Assembly: GCA_013289475.1 (NCBI GenBank)
Contig: JABCZW010000005.1
Location: forward strand, 18,081 to 82,080
DNA length: 64,000 nt
Reading direction: 5' to 3'
DNA from: Bacteroidota bacterium
Lineage (GTDB): Bacteria > Bacteroidota > Bacteroidia > JABEUT01
Shown piece after piece: positions 27,049 through 37,100 of the stretch. How positions within the stretch are numbered: the stretch's first letter is position 1; every line of letters starts with the position of its first letter. The position numbers were made by a program, and so were the translations under genes. Below the pieces are notes generated by a model. That model saw nothing but the letters and a program-made list of their open reading frames with translations. It did no database searches and was not told where the DNA came from.

Positions 27049-28823
27049 ATCTTTCCGGCTTTTGTTACGTTATAAAAGAATTGTTGCATATCCCAGGCCG
27101 ATGTAGGGCAGCGCTCTGCGCAAAGGCCGCAGTGCAGGCATACATCTTCGTCCTTTGCCATTATACGCCCGGTAGGCAATATATCTGACACATATATATC
27201 TTGTGTTTTATTTGTTGCAGGCGCTTTTAAGCGTTCGCGCAAATCGGTTTCTTCGCCATTGCTTGTAAATGTAATACACGATGTAGGGCAAACATCTACG
27301 CAGGCATCACACTCAATGCACTTGCTTTCCGAGAATACTGTTTGTATATCGCAGTTAAGACAGCGTTCAGCTTCTTTAAATCCGGTAGCTATATCAAAAC
27401 CAAGTTCTACTTCTTTCTTACGGTTGGTAAGCGTTACCTTTTTATCGGCTTGCGGAACAACATAACGTAAGTCATCTACAACAGCGCTATCGTAACCCCA
27501 TTCGTGAATACCCATTTTCATACTGTGCAGGTTCACCATTGGGTCAGGGCGGTCGTTCATAATATCTTTACCTATGCAACTTAAGTGCATTGATATGGCA
27601 GCCTGGTGCCCATGCGCAACTGCTGTAATTACGTTCTTAGGGCCGAATGCAGCATCACCACCAAAGAATACTTTTTTATTGCTCGATACAAAACTCCTGT
27701 CGTTAACTACCGGCATGTTCCATTTGTCGAATTCAAGCAAATCGCGCTCAATCCATGGGAAGCTATTTTCCTGCCCCACTGCAATCAATACATCATCGGC
27801 TTCAATAAACACATCGGGTTCTCCGGTAGGCACTAACGTACGCTTTCCTTTATCATCTTTTACTGCCTTAACTTTCTGAAAGGTCATACCGGTTAACTTG
27901 CCATTCTCCACTACAAAAGATACAGGTACATGGTTATCGATAATTGGAATATCTTCATGTTGTGCGTCTTCCTTTTCCCAAGGCGAAGCTTTCATTTCAG
28001 CAAAAGGGCTGCGCACTATTACCTTTACCTGTTCACCACCCAGGCGGCGCGAAGTACGGCAGCAGTCCATAGCGGTGTTACCACCACCCAAAACAATTAC
28101 CTTTTTACCAATTTTGCTGGTATGCTCAAATGCCACGCTGGAAAGCCAGTCGATACCAATATGGATATTTGCAGCACCTTCCTTACGGCCTTTTAAGTCA
28201 GGCAGATCACGGCCACGGGGTGCGCCTGTACCGACAAATACAGCATCGTAATGTTTATCTAATATTTCTTTTAAGCTCTTAACATAAGTATTAAAGTGCT
28301 GGTGTATGCCAAGGTCGAGGATATAATCTACTTCTTCGTTCAATACACTTTCCGGCAAGCGGAAAGAAGGAATCTGGCTGCGCATAAAACCGCCGCCAAG
28401 TTTCTGTTCGTCGTATAAATGAATTTCGTAACCCAATGGTGCAAGATCTCGTGCAACAGCCAATGAAGCAGGGCCTGCACCTATTAAGGCAACCTTTTTA
28501 CCGTTTGGTTTAAAAGGGCCTTTGGGCATAAACTTGGTTACATCGCCTTTGTTATCGGCAGCTACACGCTTCAGGCGGCAAATAGCCACCGGTTCTTTCT
28601 CAACACGGCCACGGCGGCATGCAGGCTCACAAGGGCGGTCGCAAGTACGGCCCAATACTCCCGGAAACACATTCGAATCCCAGTTTATCATATAGGCCTC
28701 GTCGTACTTTTGTTCGGCTATAAGCCTGATGTATTCGGGTACCGGGGTATGCGCAGGACAAGCGTACTGGCAATCTACTACCTTATGGAAGTATTCCGGG
28801 TTTTTAATATCTGTTGGTTTCAC
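27018..28823 (-). CDS. GltD/SudA-like FAD/NAD(P) oxidoreductase with C-terminal 2x[4Fe-4S] domain (KorC-like)
   Basis: CQYACPAH, GRTCDRPCEPAC, GAGPA, GGGNTAMD, CIECDACVDVCP and CLHCGLCAERCP; GTG 28823 preferred as start. Confidence 0.9.
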   Translation of the reverse strand: MKPTDIKNPEYFHKVVDCQYACPAHTPVPEYIRLIAEQKYDEAYMINWDSNVFPGVLGRTCDRPCEPACRRGRVEKEPVAICRLKRVAADNKGDVTKFMPKGPFKPNGKKVALIGAGPASLAVARDLAPLGYEIHLYDEQKLGGGFMRSQIPSFRLPESVLNEEVDYILDLGIHQHFNTYVKSLKEILDKHYDAVFVGTGAPRGRDLPDLKGRKEGAANIHIGIDWLSSVAFEHTSKIGKKVIVLGGGNTAMDCCRTSRRLGGEQVKVIVRSPFAEMKASPWEKEDAQHEDIPIIDNHVPVSFVVENGKLTGMTFQKVKAVKDDKGKRTLVPTGEPDVFIEADDVLIAVGQENSFPWIERDLLEFDKWNMPVVNDRSFVSSNKKVFFGGDAAFGPKNVITAVAHGHQAAISMHLSCIGKDIMNDRPDPMVNLHSMKMGIHEWGYDSAVVDDLRYVVPQADKKVTLTNRKKEVELGFDIATGFKEAERCLNCDIQTVFSESKCIECDACVDVCPTSCITFTSNGEETDLRERLKAPATNKTQDIYVSDILPTGRIMAKDEDVCLHCGLCAERCPTSAWDMQQFFYNVTKAGKIWQEELVIVK

Positions 28824-28949
28824 GCGCTGGGATTCTTTCGTTAATTGTTTATCCTCCAAAAAATGATAGTGGCAAATGTAGTAATTTGTACATAGTATTA
28901 CCTATTGAATAAGGGGAAATTGCAAACAGGATATTGACCGTACTCCTTG

Positions 28950-29028
28950 TTTGCCCGAAACCCCTAAAGGGGCTTGGAAACAATAACACTAAAACTAAAC
29001 AGTTAAAGCCCCTTTAGGGGTTTGGGGC
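28950..29028. repeat. Intergenic REP-like doublet (inverted repeat with spacer)
   Basis: GCCCGAAACCCCTAAAGGGGCTT (28953-28975) and AAGCCCCTTTAGGGGTTTGGGGC (29006-29028); each arm contains its own CCCC-N4-GGGG hairpin. Confidence 0.85.
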
Positions 29029-29093
29029 TGAATTGAGTAATAACTGGTAGTATTATTTTTTTACTAAATTCGTCACTCTAAAATTCATCTGTC

Positions 29094-29600
29094 ATGGAAG
29101 AAACAGTAAGGATACGACTGGAAAGCATGTTCCAGGAAGCTGACCGCCTCTTGAACGAGAAGGCTATTGCCGAAGGGTTTAACATGTTACAATCTATTAT
29201 ACAGGAAGCCCCTGGATTTGGTAAAGCGTACAACCACCTCGGGTGGATATATGAATCACAGTACAAGGATTATGTAAATGCTGAAAAGCAATACAAACTG
29301 GCATTAGAAAATGCACCCGAATACCATGCTACTTATTATAACTATGCCATTGTATTGTCTATACTCCAGCGTTGGGATGACCTTACAAACCTGTTGAATA
29401 AAGGACTCACCGTACCCGGTGTAAACAAAGGCACATTGCACAATGAGTTTGGTATTATGTACGAAACACAGGGCAAGTTCCAGCAAGCTATTGAAGCTTA
29501 TAAGAAATACGCCCAAACTACTTTAGTAAATAAGCAGTTAGATACAGCCAAGGAATCTATTGAGCGCTGCAAGAAGAAGCTGGAGATACAGAACCTGTAG
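29094..29600 (+). CDS. Tetratricopeptide-repeat protein
   Basis: PGFGKAYNHLGWIY, AEKQYKLALENAPEY and GIMYETQGKFQQAIEAYKK. Confidence 0.85.
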   Translation: MEETVRIRLESMFQEADRLLNEKAIAEGFNMLQSIIQEAPGFGKAYNHLGWIYESQYKDYVNAEKQYKLALENAPEYHATYYNYAIVLSILQRWDDLTNLLNKGLTVPGVNKGTLHNEFGIMYETQGKFQQAIEAYKKYAQTTLVNKQLDTAKESIERCKKKLEIQNL

Positions 29601-29638
29601 TATTCACTTTGGCCCAAATTTTGCTTACATTTACCACT

Positions 29639-30985
29639 ATGAAGCAAGTAAACAAAGTCTGTTTAAGCCTATTAGTTTTACTTCCTTTATCTATTGCCGC
29701 TAATGCGCAGTGGTATAGGTTAAAAAACTATCCTAATCTCAATTCGGGTGGTGATACTAATATTTATACAAGTTCCCCCTACTTACCTTATGTGGCAGGT
29801 AATGGAGTTATTTTATATGGAGCCATTGCGCATTCCGTTTACTTTGGTCATAGTGGTGATGAAACACTTATGGAATCAAAGAATGATTTGGATTCTTGTA
29901 AATATGTTTATAGTAATGGAGGTATAGGTCCTGGCAATATTTATTCTATAGCTTCAAAAAACGATTCAACCATCTGTTTTGTTTATACCAATTCCGATTA
30001 TATAGGGACTTTGCTTGTACACTCAAACACAAATTTCCACCCCACTCCTAAACGTATTGAAATAAATCAACCTGCCGGTGGTTACGGTAGTACAATGCCT
30101 TCTTGTTTTTCAGATAATTATATATACATGTCAACCTTAATTAGTTACTTACCTATTGATAGTATCGTTCTATACCGTATCACTATAGCAAATGATTCTA
30201 TTAAAAGATATGTAACAATGAAATATAGAAGCCCTGTTCAATTACATTTCACGTCTGATAGTACCGGTTTTATGCTTTGCACTTATGTAACTGACTCAGC
30301 CAAAAGTGCTTTAGTCAAAACATCAGATTCAGGAAAAACATGGAGAAATAGTTTTTTAGATTCTTCGCACATTATTAAAGGATTCTGTTTCCCTACCCCA
30401 AGTATTGGCTACCTGACCGAGAATAATGGCAATATTTATAAGACTATAGATGCAGGGAATACCTGGATTCAACTAACAAGTCCAACTACTATGACTTTAA
30501 ACTGTGTAAGCTTTAGCAATGGTACAAATGGGTACATAGGTGGGAAAGCCGGTATACTATATAAAACTACTGATGGCGGTACCAGTTGGACCAAGGAAAT
30601 AAGTGGCGACCCAAACTCCATTACTTCGCTTTATACATTTGATACTGTTGCCTATTTTATAGATACCAATTACAATATCTATAAAAATGAGAAGCCAATG
30701 AGCATTGAAAGTATACAAGCAAATAGAATTGAGGCAAGGGCTTTCCCGAATCCGAACAACAATGGAGTATTCTCCATTGAGTTAAAAGTGAATAGTGAAA
30801 AGTTTAAAGTGGAGGTGTATACTGTATTAGGGGAAGAAGTTTATTCAGCCTCTTTGCCCCAAACCCCTAAAGAGGCTTTGCGCAAGATTGATTTAGGCAG
30901 TCAGCCTACAGGCATTTATTTGTACAGAATTATTTCAGAAAAAGGAGATTTTATTGCAAGCGGCAAGCTGATAATTCAGAAATAG
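29639..30985 (+). CDS. YCF48/BNR-repeat protein with T9SS type-A CTD
   Basis: KTSDSGKTW, KTIDAGNTW and KTTDGGTSW boxes; CTD FPNPNNNG...GIYLYRI...GKLIIQK; signal peptide starts at ATG 29639. Confidence 0.85.
   Translation: MKQVNKVCLSLLVLLPLSIAANAQWYRLKNYPNLNSGGDTNIYTSSPYLPYVAGNGVILYGAIAHSVYFGHSGDETLMESKNDLDSCKYVYSNGGIGPGNIYSIASKNDSTICFVYTNSDYIGTLLVHSNTNFHPTPKRIEINQPAGGYGSTMPSCFSDNYIYMSTLISYLPIDSIVLYRITIANDSIKRYVTMKYRSPVQLHFTSDSTGFMLCTYVTDSAKSALVKTSDSGKTWRNSFLDSSHIIKGFCFPTPSIGYLTENNGNIYKTIDAGNTWIQLTSPTTMTLNCVSFSNGTNGYIGGKAGILYKTTDGGTSWTKEISGDPNSITSLYTFDTVAYFIDTNYNIYKNEKPMSIESIQANRIEARAFPNPNNNGVFSIELKVNSEKFKVEVYTVLGEEVYSASLPQTPKEALRKIDLGSQPTGIYLYRIISEKGDFIASGKLIIQK
30780..30814 (+). repeat. Heptamer tandem repeat inside CTD coding sequence
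   Basis: AGTTAAA AGTGAAT AGTGAAA AGTTTAA AGTGGAG, encoding LKVNSEKFKVE. Confidence 0.7.
30856..30879 (+). repeat. Single REP-like arm inside CTD coding sequence
   Basis: GCCCCAAACCCCTAAAGAGGCTTT is 23/24 identical to the reverse complement of 29005-29028; encodes PQTPKEAL. Confidence 0.85.
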
Positions 30986-31079
30986 CCGCATAAGTACACA
31001 CCCAATTAACGTAACCTTAACACTGGGGTTCCTTATTTTCAGGGCATTGAAGGGATATTTGCAGCAAAAATAATTCCCT

Positions 31080-32093
31080 ATGAAAAAAATTTACTTATTA
31101 CTTTCCTTTACTGCATTTACGCTAGCAGCTAATGCACAGGCACCTACACCTTATGTATTGTCAGGTACCACTTACACACAAAATTTCGACACCATTGGAA
31201 CTGCCCTACCTAAAGGATGGGCTTGTTACTATAGTGCAACAAGCGCAAGCCTTGGAACTGCCTTTACCTGGTCAGGCTCGCCCAATTTTGGCGCTTATTT
31301 CGATACTACAGATTGTCCTTCGGATGTTTTCGGCCATGGCTTTAAAAACAGCGCTTCCGCCGATAACGGTATTGCAAACGCTACCGCTACCTGTACAGCA
31401 CAAGCTGCTTTAACAAACAGGGCATTTGGTGTTCGCCAGTCTTCTGCCGCCGGTTATGATCCTGGCATTTCGTTTGTATTTGAATTAGCCAATACAACAA
31501 ACATATCTAACATTGCTTTGGGTTTTAAACTGCAGGGCTTAGATATAAGAAGTACCCGTACTACTGCATGGACAGTAGATTATGGAATTGGTGCTTCTCC
31601 CACATCTTTCATTGTTCAAGCCCCTGTTACAGGTTATATGTCTACCGGTAATGCCAAGTTTACCGATACTACCGTTGCTTTTCTTTTAGATGCAGGTGCA
31701 AGCAACCAAAGCCAACCGGTTTGGATACGCATTTCGAGCCTTGCCAAAACATCGGGCTCGGGCAGCCGCACAACATCTGCGATTGATGATTTTAACATGA
31801 CATATACCAATGTAAACAGTGTTCTTTCCGTTAACGGACCAGTATTGGGACTTAAGGTTATGGGTGCTGCAACATCTAATAATATTACTTTAGCCTACAA
31901 TGTTGCAAAAGAAGGCCAATACAGTTTAAACATTTGCGATATTACCGGCCGTATAGTGCTCAGCAAACAAGTTGAACTTGCACCCGGTGGCAGTAATATT
32001 GTTTTAAATGGATTGAACCTTAATTCAGGTATTTATATTGCCAGGATAACAAACAATTCTTCTTCAGGTACTGCTAAGGTTGTAGTTCAATAA
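31080..32093 (+). CDS. Secreted protein with uncharacterised beta-rich domain and T9SS type-A CTD
   Basis: Signal peptide; YTQNFD...RAFGVRQ...SAIDDF domain; CTD DITGRIV...GIYIARI...KVVVQ. Confidence 0.8.
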   Translation: MKKIYLLLSFTAFTLAANAQAPTPYVLSGTTYTQNFDTIGTALPKGWACYYSATSASLGTAFTWSGSPNFGAYFDTTDCPSDVFGHGFKNSASADNGIANATATCTAQAALTNRAFGVRQSSAAGYDPGISFVFELANTTNISNIALGFKLQGLDIRSTRTTAWTVDYGIGASPTSFIVQAPVTGYMSTGNAKFTDTTVAFLLDAGASNQSQPVWIRISSLAKTSGSGSRTTSAIDDFNMTYTNVNSVLSVNGPVLGLKVMGAATSNNITLAYNVAKEGQYSLNICDITGRIVLSKQVELAPGGSNIVLNGLNLNSGIYIARITNNSSSGTAKVVVQ

Positions 32094-32121
32094 AACTATT
32101 TTTATAGATAGTGTACTTTTG

Positions 32122-32152
32122 ACAAAAGCGGGTTTAGGCCCGCTTTTGTTTT
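32122..32152 (+). terminator. Intrinsic terminator
   Basis: ACAAAAGCGGG-TTTAGG-CCCGCTTTTGTTTT. Confidence 0.8.
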
Positions 32153-32293
32153 AAACAATTGCATCAATAGTAATGATACAATGCATTGGTTTTCAAAACA
32201 ATTAACCATACAGCATTTTAATTTAACACTCTGTTAATATTGCTTTGGATTGATTTTCCAATCTTAGTAGGAAGAAACCCTAAAACCTGCAGC

Positions 32294-32491
32294 ATGAAAA
32301 CTCACGAATTCATAGACAAGCTTTCTACTATGCCATTAGAAACAGATAAAAACCGGGTTTACGTAGAAAGAGGCATACAATTAATAGAATGGGAAAAGCC
32401 TGAGTTGTCGGCAGAAGAAAAAAACAAACTAGAGCAACTTAAAACATCCATTGCTAATAGTGGCAAAAGTGGTACGCCCCTGAAGAGCTAA
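32294..32491 (+). CDS. Small hypothetical protein
   Basis: 65 aa from ATG 32294 with a protein-like charged composition. Confidence 0.5.
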   Translation: MKTHEFIDKLSTMPLETDKNRVYVERGIQLIEWEKPELSAEEKNKLEQLKTSIANSGKSGTPLKS

Positions 32492-32503
32492 TCTCCTCCC
32501 AAA

Positions 32504-34006
32504 TTACTGTTTTATAAATTTACCGGTAAACTCCCTGTTATTATTAGTAGTAACACGAATTAAATATATACCGGAAGGTAAAGTATTAAGATCAATTGTA
32601 TTAACATACTGCGCATCGAGCATGCCCGATAAAAGCATTTGTCCCATTGCACTATAAATGCCATACTTTTCTTCGGTACCGGGTGTATTAAGTATAACTT
32701 TCAAACTATTACTTGCAGGATTAGGGAATAAGGTCACCTGTTCTTTACTTACTGCTTCGTTTATTCCCAAGGGGGCCGATTTACAAACCTGTGTAAGATT
32801 AATAGCCGAACCGGCCGCAGTAGACACTGCTAAAAAATCGGCATGAAATGCCTGGTAATACTGGTTGGCAACAGATGAGTCGTGAACAATTACAGTGTTT
32901 TCATCGTTTACAGTTTCAGCAGAAGAGCTCCAGTTATGTGAACCCGTTAAAACAATAGGATCGGCTGCCATATCACAAGGGTCAACAAGCATGTATTTAC
33001 TGTGGCATATACCATTAGAGTAATACCCGGGCAGGCCTTTATAAACTAAAAGATTAGAACCCATAGTGCCGCTTAATGTAGTATAGGGCGAATAGCTTGT
33101 GCTTGCCTGGTCCATTATGCCATATACTTTAATGCTTCCACTTTTTGCATCGGTAGATAATTGGGCATCATCGGTTGCGTAAGTAAAAGTGAACATTTCA
33201 AAATCAATCTCTGTTTTTGCCAGTTTTTCAACTGAAACTATATGATTACTTGTTGAATCATCTGCCTGCGGGCTAAACCACAACTCAACCAAATGCCCAT
33301 CTATAAGAAAGCCATGTTTTGACTTATTATGTTTCTTAGCTCCAAATACTGCTTTAGATGAATTGGCCGAACCACCCTCAACTGTATCACCCCACATCTG
33401 GTTAAACTCTGCAAGGTAACCATGTGCCAATGCAGAGTCCTGGAAAATAATTACGTTGTTAATGTCTTTATCAATCTGGCCGGGCTCCCAGTTCATACAC
33501 CCTGTCCATACAATAGGGTCGCTTACTTTTGTAGAACGCCCATCAATAACCATAAATTTATCATGCATAATACCACTAACATCGGTTCTGGCAAAAGTTG
33601 GTATAGCTTTATTTATCAATGCCAATCCATAGTTTGGTGTAATGGCATTTACAAATCCTTTCGATGAGTCGGTAGGGTTACTTAGCCACCTTATTTTTAC
33701 GCCACGGGTATGCGCATTATTAATTGCAGTGTGTATTGGAGGAACGTAACCGCCTTCATACCAAGTGCTATCTTCAACATAGTCATATAAAGCTATATCA
33801 ATACTGTATTTTGCCCTGTTAATGTAAGCAATCAGGGTATCGCCTGCAGCACGTATAAGTGCCTTTGCCTTGTTGTTCGGCCTTGCAAAAGTAGTATCTA
33901 CCGGGTGGGTAGAATATACTACAATATGATGATTGGGGCCAAAGACCTGTGCGCCGGCAACCAGGTAAATAAAAAACGCCAGAAGGAGTGTAACTGTTTT
34001 TTTCAT
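32504..34006 (-). CDS. Phospholipase D-superfamily (HKD) nuclease/phosphodiesterase with T9SS type-A CTD
   Basis: Two HxK-x4-D motifs (HDKFMVID...VWTGCMNW and HSKYMLVD...VLTGSHNW...NDEN); CTD FPNPAS...KFIKQ. Confidence 0.9.
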   Translation of the reverse strand: MKKTVTLLLAFFIYLVAGAQVFGPNHHIVVYSTHPVDTTFARPNNKAKALIRAAGDTLIAYINRAKYSIDIALYDYVEDSTWYEGGYVPPIHTAINNAHTRGVKIRWLSNPTDSSKGFVNAITPNYGLALINKAIPTFARTDVSGIMHDKFMVIDGRSTKVSDPIVWTGCMNWEPGQIDKDINNVIIFQDSALAHGYLAEFNQMWGDTVEGGSANSSKAVFGAKKHNKSKHGFLIDGHLVELWFSPQADDSTSNHIVSVEKLAKTEIDFEMFTFTYATDDAQLSTDAKSGSIKVYGIMDQASTSYSPYTTLSGTMGSNLLVYKGLPGYYSNGICHSKYMLVDPCDMAADPIVLTGSHNWSSSAETVNDENTVIVHDSSVANQYYQAFHADFLAVSTAAGSAINLTQVCKSAPLGINEAVSKEQVTLFPNPASNSLKVILNTPGTEEKYGIYSAMGQMLLSGMLDAQYVNTIDLNTLPSGIYLIRVTTNNNREFTGKFIKQ

Positions 34007-34189
34007 AAAAGTAGAATTAATGTTACCCTTTACTATGCAACAAATTCAGAGCAGGGGCTACAATTTTACTTAGAAAAAAACAAAGAAATCGTTTTCCAAC
34101 TTTACTAAATTATTAATTATACGGAGGGAAAAGCATACCCCCTGGCCATTCTATATTGCAGGGCTTACATTATCTTCAATGCCAGTCAC

Positions 34190-37100
34190 TTAGTTCCTGA
34201 TCAACTGCACATAACCATTCTGGTTGAATGGCTTACCTTTATAATCGGTTGCTCTGATAATATAATAGTAATCACCATCCGATTCCTGAACACCTGTAGT
34301 GCTTCTTCCGTCCCAATCAATATCAGGAGAATTAGAAATAAACACTCTTTCTCCCCAACGGTTAAATATCTCTATGCTGAATGTCTTTAATCCTGCTGCG
34401 CTTACATGGAACCCGTCGTTCATACCATCACCATTGGGTGTAAATACATTGGGTACAAACAGGCCCTCGGTAACATAAACGGTATCACGGGAAGTATCTG
34501 AGCATCCCAAAGCATTCGATACAACCAGTGTTACCAGGTAATTACCCTGTTCGAGGTATTGATAAAAAGGAAACGCATTAGTTGAATTGCCGCCATCACC
34601 AAATGTCCAGTACCACGATGTGGCATTTTTACTGCTATCAACAAACGCTACATACTGCCCACCCAATACACTATCAGGAGTTGGGTAAAATATAGCTTTA
34701 GGAGAAGGGAATACAATTACAGGTATGCTGCCCGTAGCAATACTTCCGCAACCATCGGTTACCTGGCAACTATAAGTAGTCGAGCTTGCAGGGTTCACCA
34801 CGTAAGGTCCGGGACCACTGCCCAATGAAGGTATCCAACTATAAGCATATCCCTGTTTACCGCCACTTGCACTTACACTAACTGAAGCAATCCTTCCTGC
34901 ACATATTGTATCGGGGGTAGCAATAACCACAAGTGGTTGATAGAGATAGATGGTTTGTTTTGCACTGTCAGAACATGTTCCGTTTGAACCCACTACGGTA
35001 TATACAACAGGACTGGTTGTAGGGCTAACAGTAACTGATGCCCCATTGGTTGAGCTCAGGCCAGTTGCAGGAGACCATGCATAAGTCGTAGCACCATTGC
35101 CAGTCATAATAACCGTTTGGCCGGGGCAAAGCGTATCGCCACCCGATAAATTAATACTTACCGAAGGGCTTGAATTAACATGTATTGTTACCTGCGCTGT
35201 ACTTGAACAGCCAGTGGCACTGGTTCCGGTTACGGTATAAGTTTGAGTAGATGGCGGATTAGCAACCACTACTGCACCTGTTGATGGGGTAAGGCCGGTT
35301 GCAGGAAGCCACGTATAGGTGCTTGCTCCGCTGGCTGTTATAGTAGCTGAATTGCCTGTACATAAATTGGTATCAGTTGCACTGACACTTACCACCGGTA
35401 AAGAGTTAACGGTTACAATAACTTTTATGGTATCGGTACAGCCTGCAACTGAAGCGCCCACCAGTGTATAGGTTGTTGTTGTTGCAGGAATCGCAGTTAC
35501 CGAAGAACCGGTAGTTGCACTGAGGCCCGTAGAAGGGAACCATGTGTAGCTTGCACCGCCCGATGCATTAATAACAGTAGAATCGCCGGTACAAAGTGCA
35601 GGCTTAACAGGAGTGCCGGTTACATTTATATTGCCCACTGTTACAGTTACCATTGATATTGAACTGCAACCACCGGTTAAGCCACTTACGGTATATGTCG
35701 TAGTACTGCCTGGCGAAGCATTCGGGTTCGGGCAAGAAGTGCATGATAAACCTGTCGTGGGTGTCCATGAATAAGTAGTTGCACCACCAGCTGATAGCGC
35801 AATAGAATCGCCTGCACATAATAAAGGGCTTATTGGTGAAATGGATACTGTTGGTGTTGGATTTACAGTAATGTTTACTGTATTACTATCAGCACAACCT
35901 CCACCCGATGAACCCACAACAGTATATGTAACACTGGTTGTTGGAGTTGCTGTTACTGAGGTGCCTGTAGTTGCGCTTAATCCGGTAGCAGGTTTCCACA
36001 CATAGGTCACAGCTCCGCTTGCAGTAAGTGTTGATGAATTACCTGAACAAATTGTTGTACTACTCGCATTTACTGTTACTGTTAACGTACCCACACTTAT
36101 TGAAACAGATGTATTCGAAATACAACCATTTATATCAGTTCCGGTAACACTATAGGTAGATGTTCCGGCTGGTTTTGCTGTTACGTTTGCGCCGGTTGTA
36201 CTGCTTAAACCTGTTGATGGCGACCAAACGTAAGTAGCGCCGCCACCGGCAGCAAGCATAATTGAATCACCACTGCATATGGCAGGTGTGGGAGGCGTAA
36301 CAGTTATAACCGGCAATGGGTTTACAGTTACGGTTGTTGTTATAGTATCGTTACATCCGCCTGCGCTTTTGCCTATTACAGTGTAAGTAGACGTTGCGCC
36401 CGGGAATGCGGTAGTGGCACTTCCGGCAGTATTAGTTAAGCCTGTTGAAGGAGACCATGTGTAGCTTGCTGCACCATTGGCAGTAAGCACAACCGAGTCG
36501 CCTTTGCAGACCGCAGGTATTGGCGGCGTTACCGTAACATTTGGTTTAGGTAATACGGTTATAACGACACTATCCTTTGCAGGGCAGCCGCCTACTCCTT
36601 TAGCATTTACTGTATATGTTGCAGTAATTGAAGGATTGGCAATTACTATTGCCCCTATAGTTGTATTCAATCCCGTGCCTGGTGCCCATGTATACGTCGC
36701 TCCCCCACTTGCGTTGAGTTGCACCGTATCGCCCTGGCAAATGGTTGATTTAGCCAGGCTTATACTTATTACAGGTTGAGGATAAACTGTAATCACCATT
36801 GTTGCAATAGAACTACATCCGCCGGCAGAATTTCCCGTAACGGTATATGTTGTTGTAACAGCAGGTGACGCAATTACATGAACACCAGTTGTTACATTCA
36901 GCCCTGCCGAAGGGCTCCATGTGTAACTTGTGGCTCCACTGGCAACCATTCCCATTGTATCAGTTGGGCATATAGATGAAGATATACCTGTAATTGATAT
37001 GGACACCGTCGGTGTTGGGTTAACCACAAGTGTTACATTGGCAGAATCGGTACAAGCACCGCTGGCTCCGTTAACAGTATATGTTACAGTAGTACCGGGC

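Noticed and set aside
25319-28251. Plus-strand ORFs overlapping the oxidoreductase operon
   Set aside because: Antisense to well-conserved enzyme genes, with no recognisable motifs.
9079-34033. Identical 12-mer GTAAAGGGTAAC upstream of the 9134 and 34006 genes
   Set aside because: Only two copies at different distances from the starts; a 12-mer match is plausible by chance.
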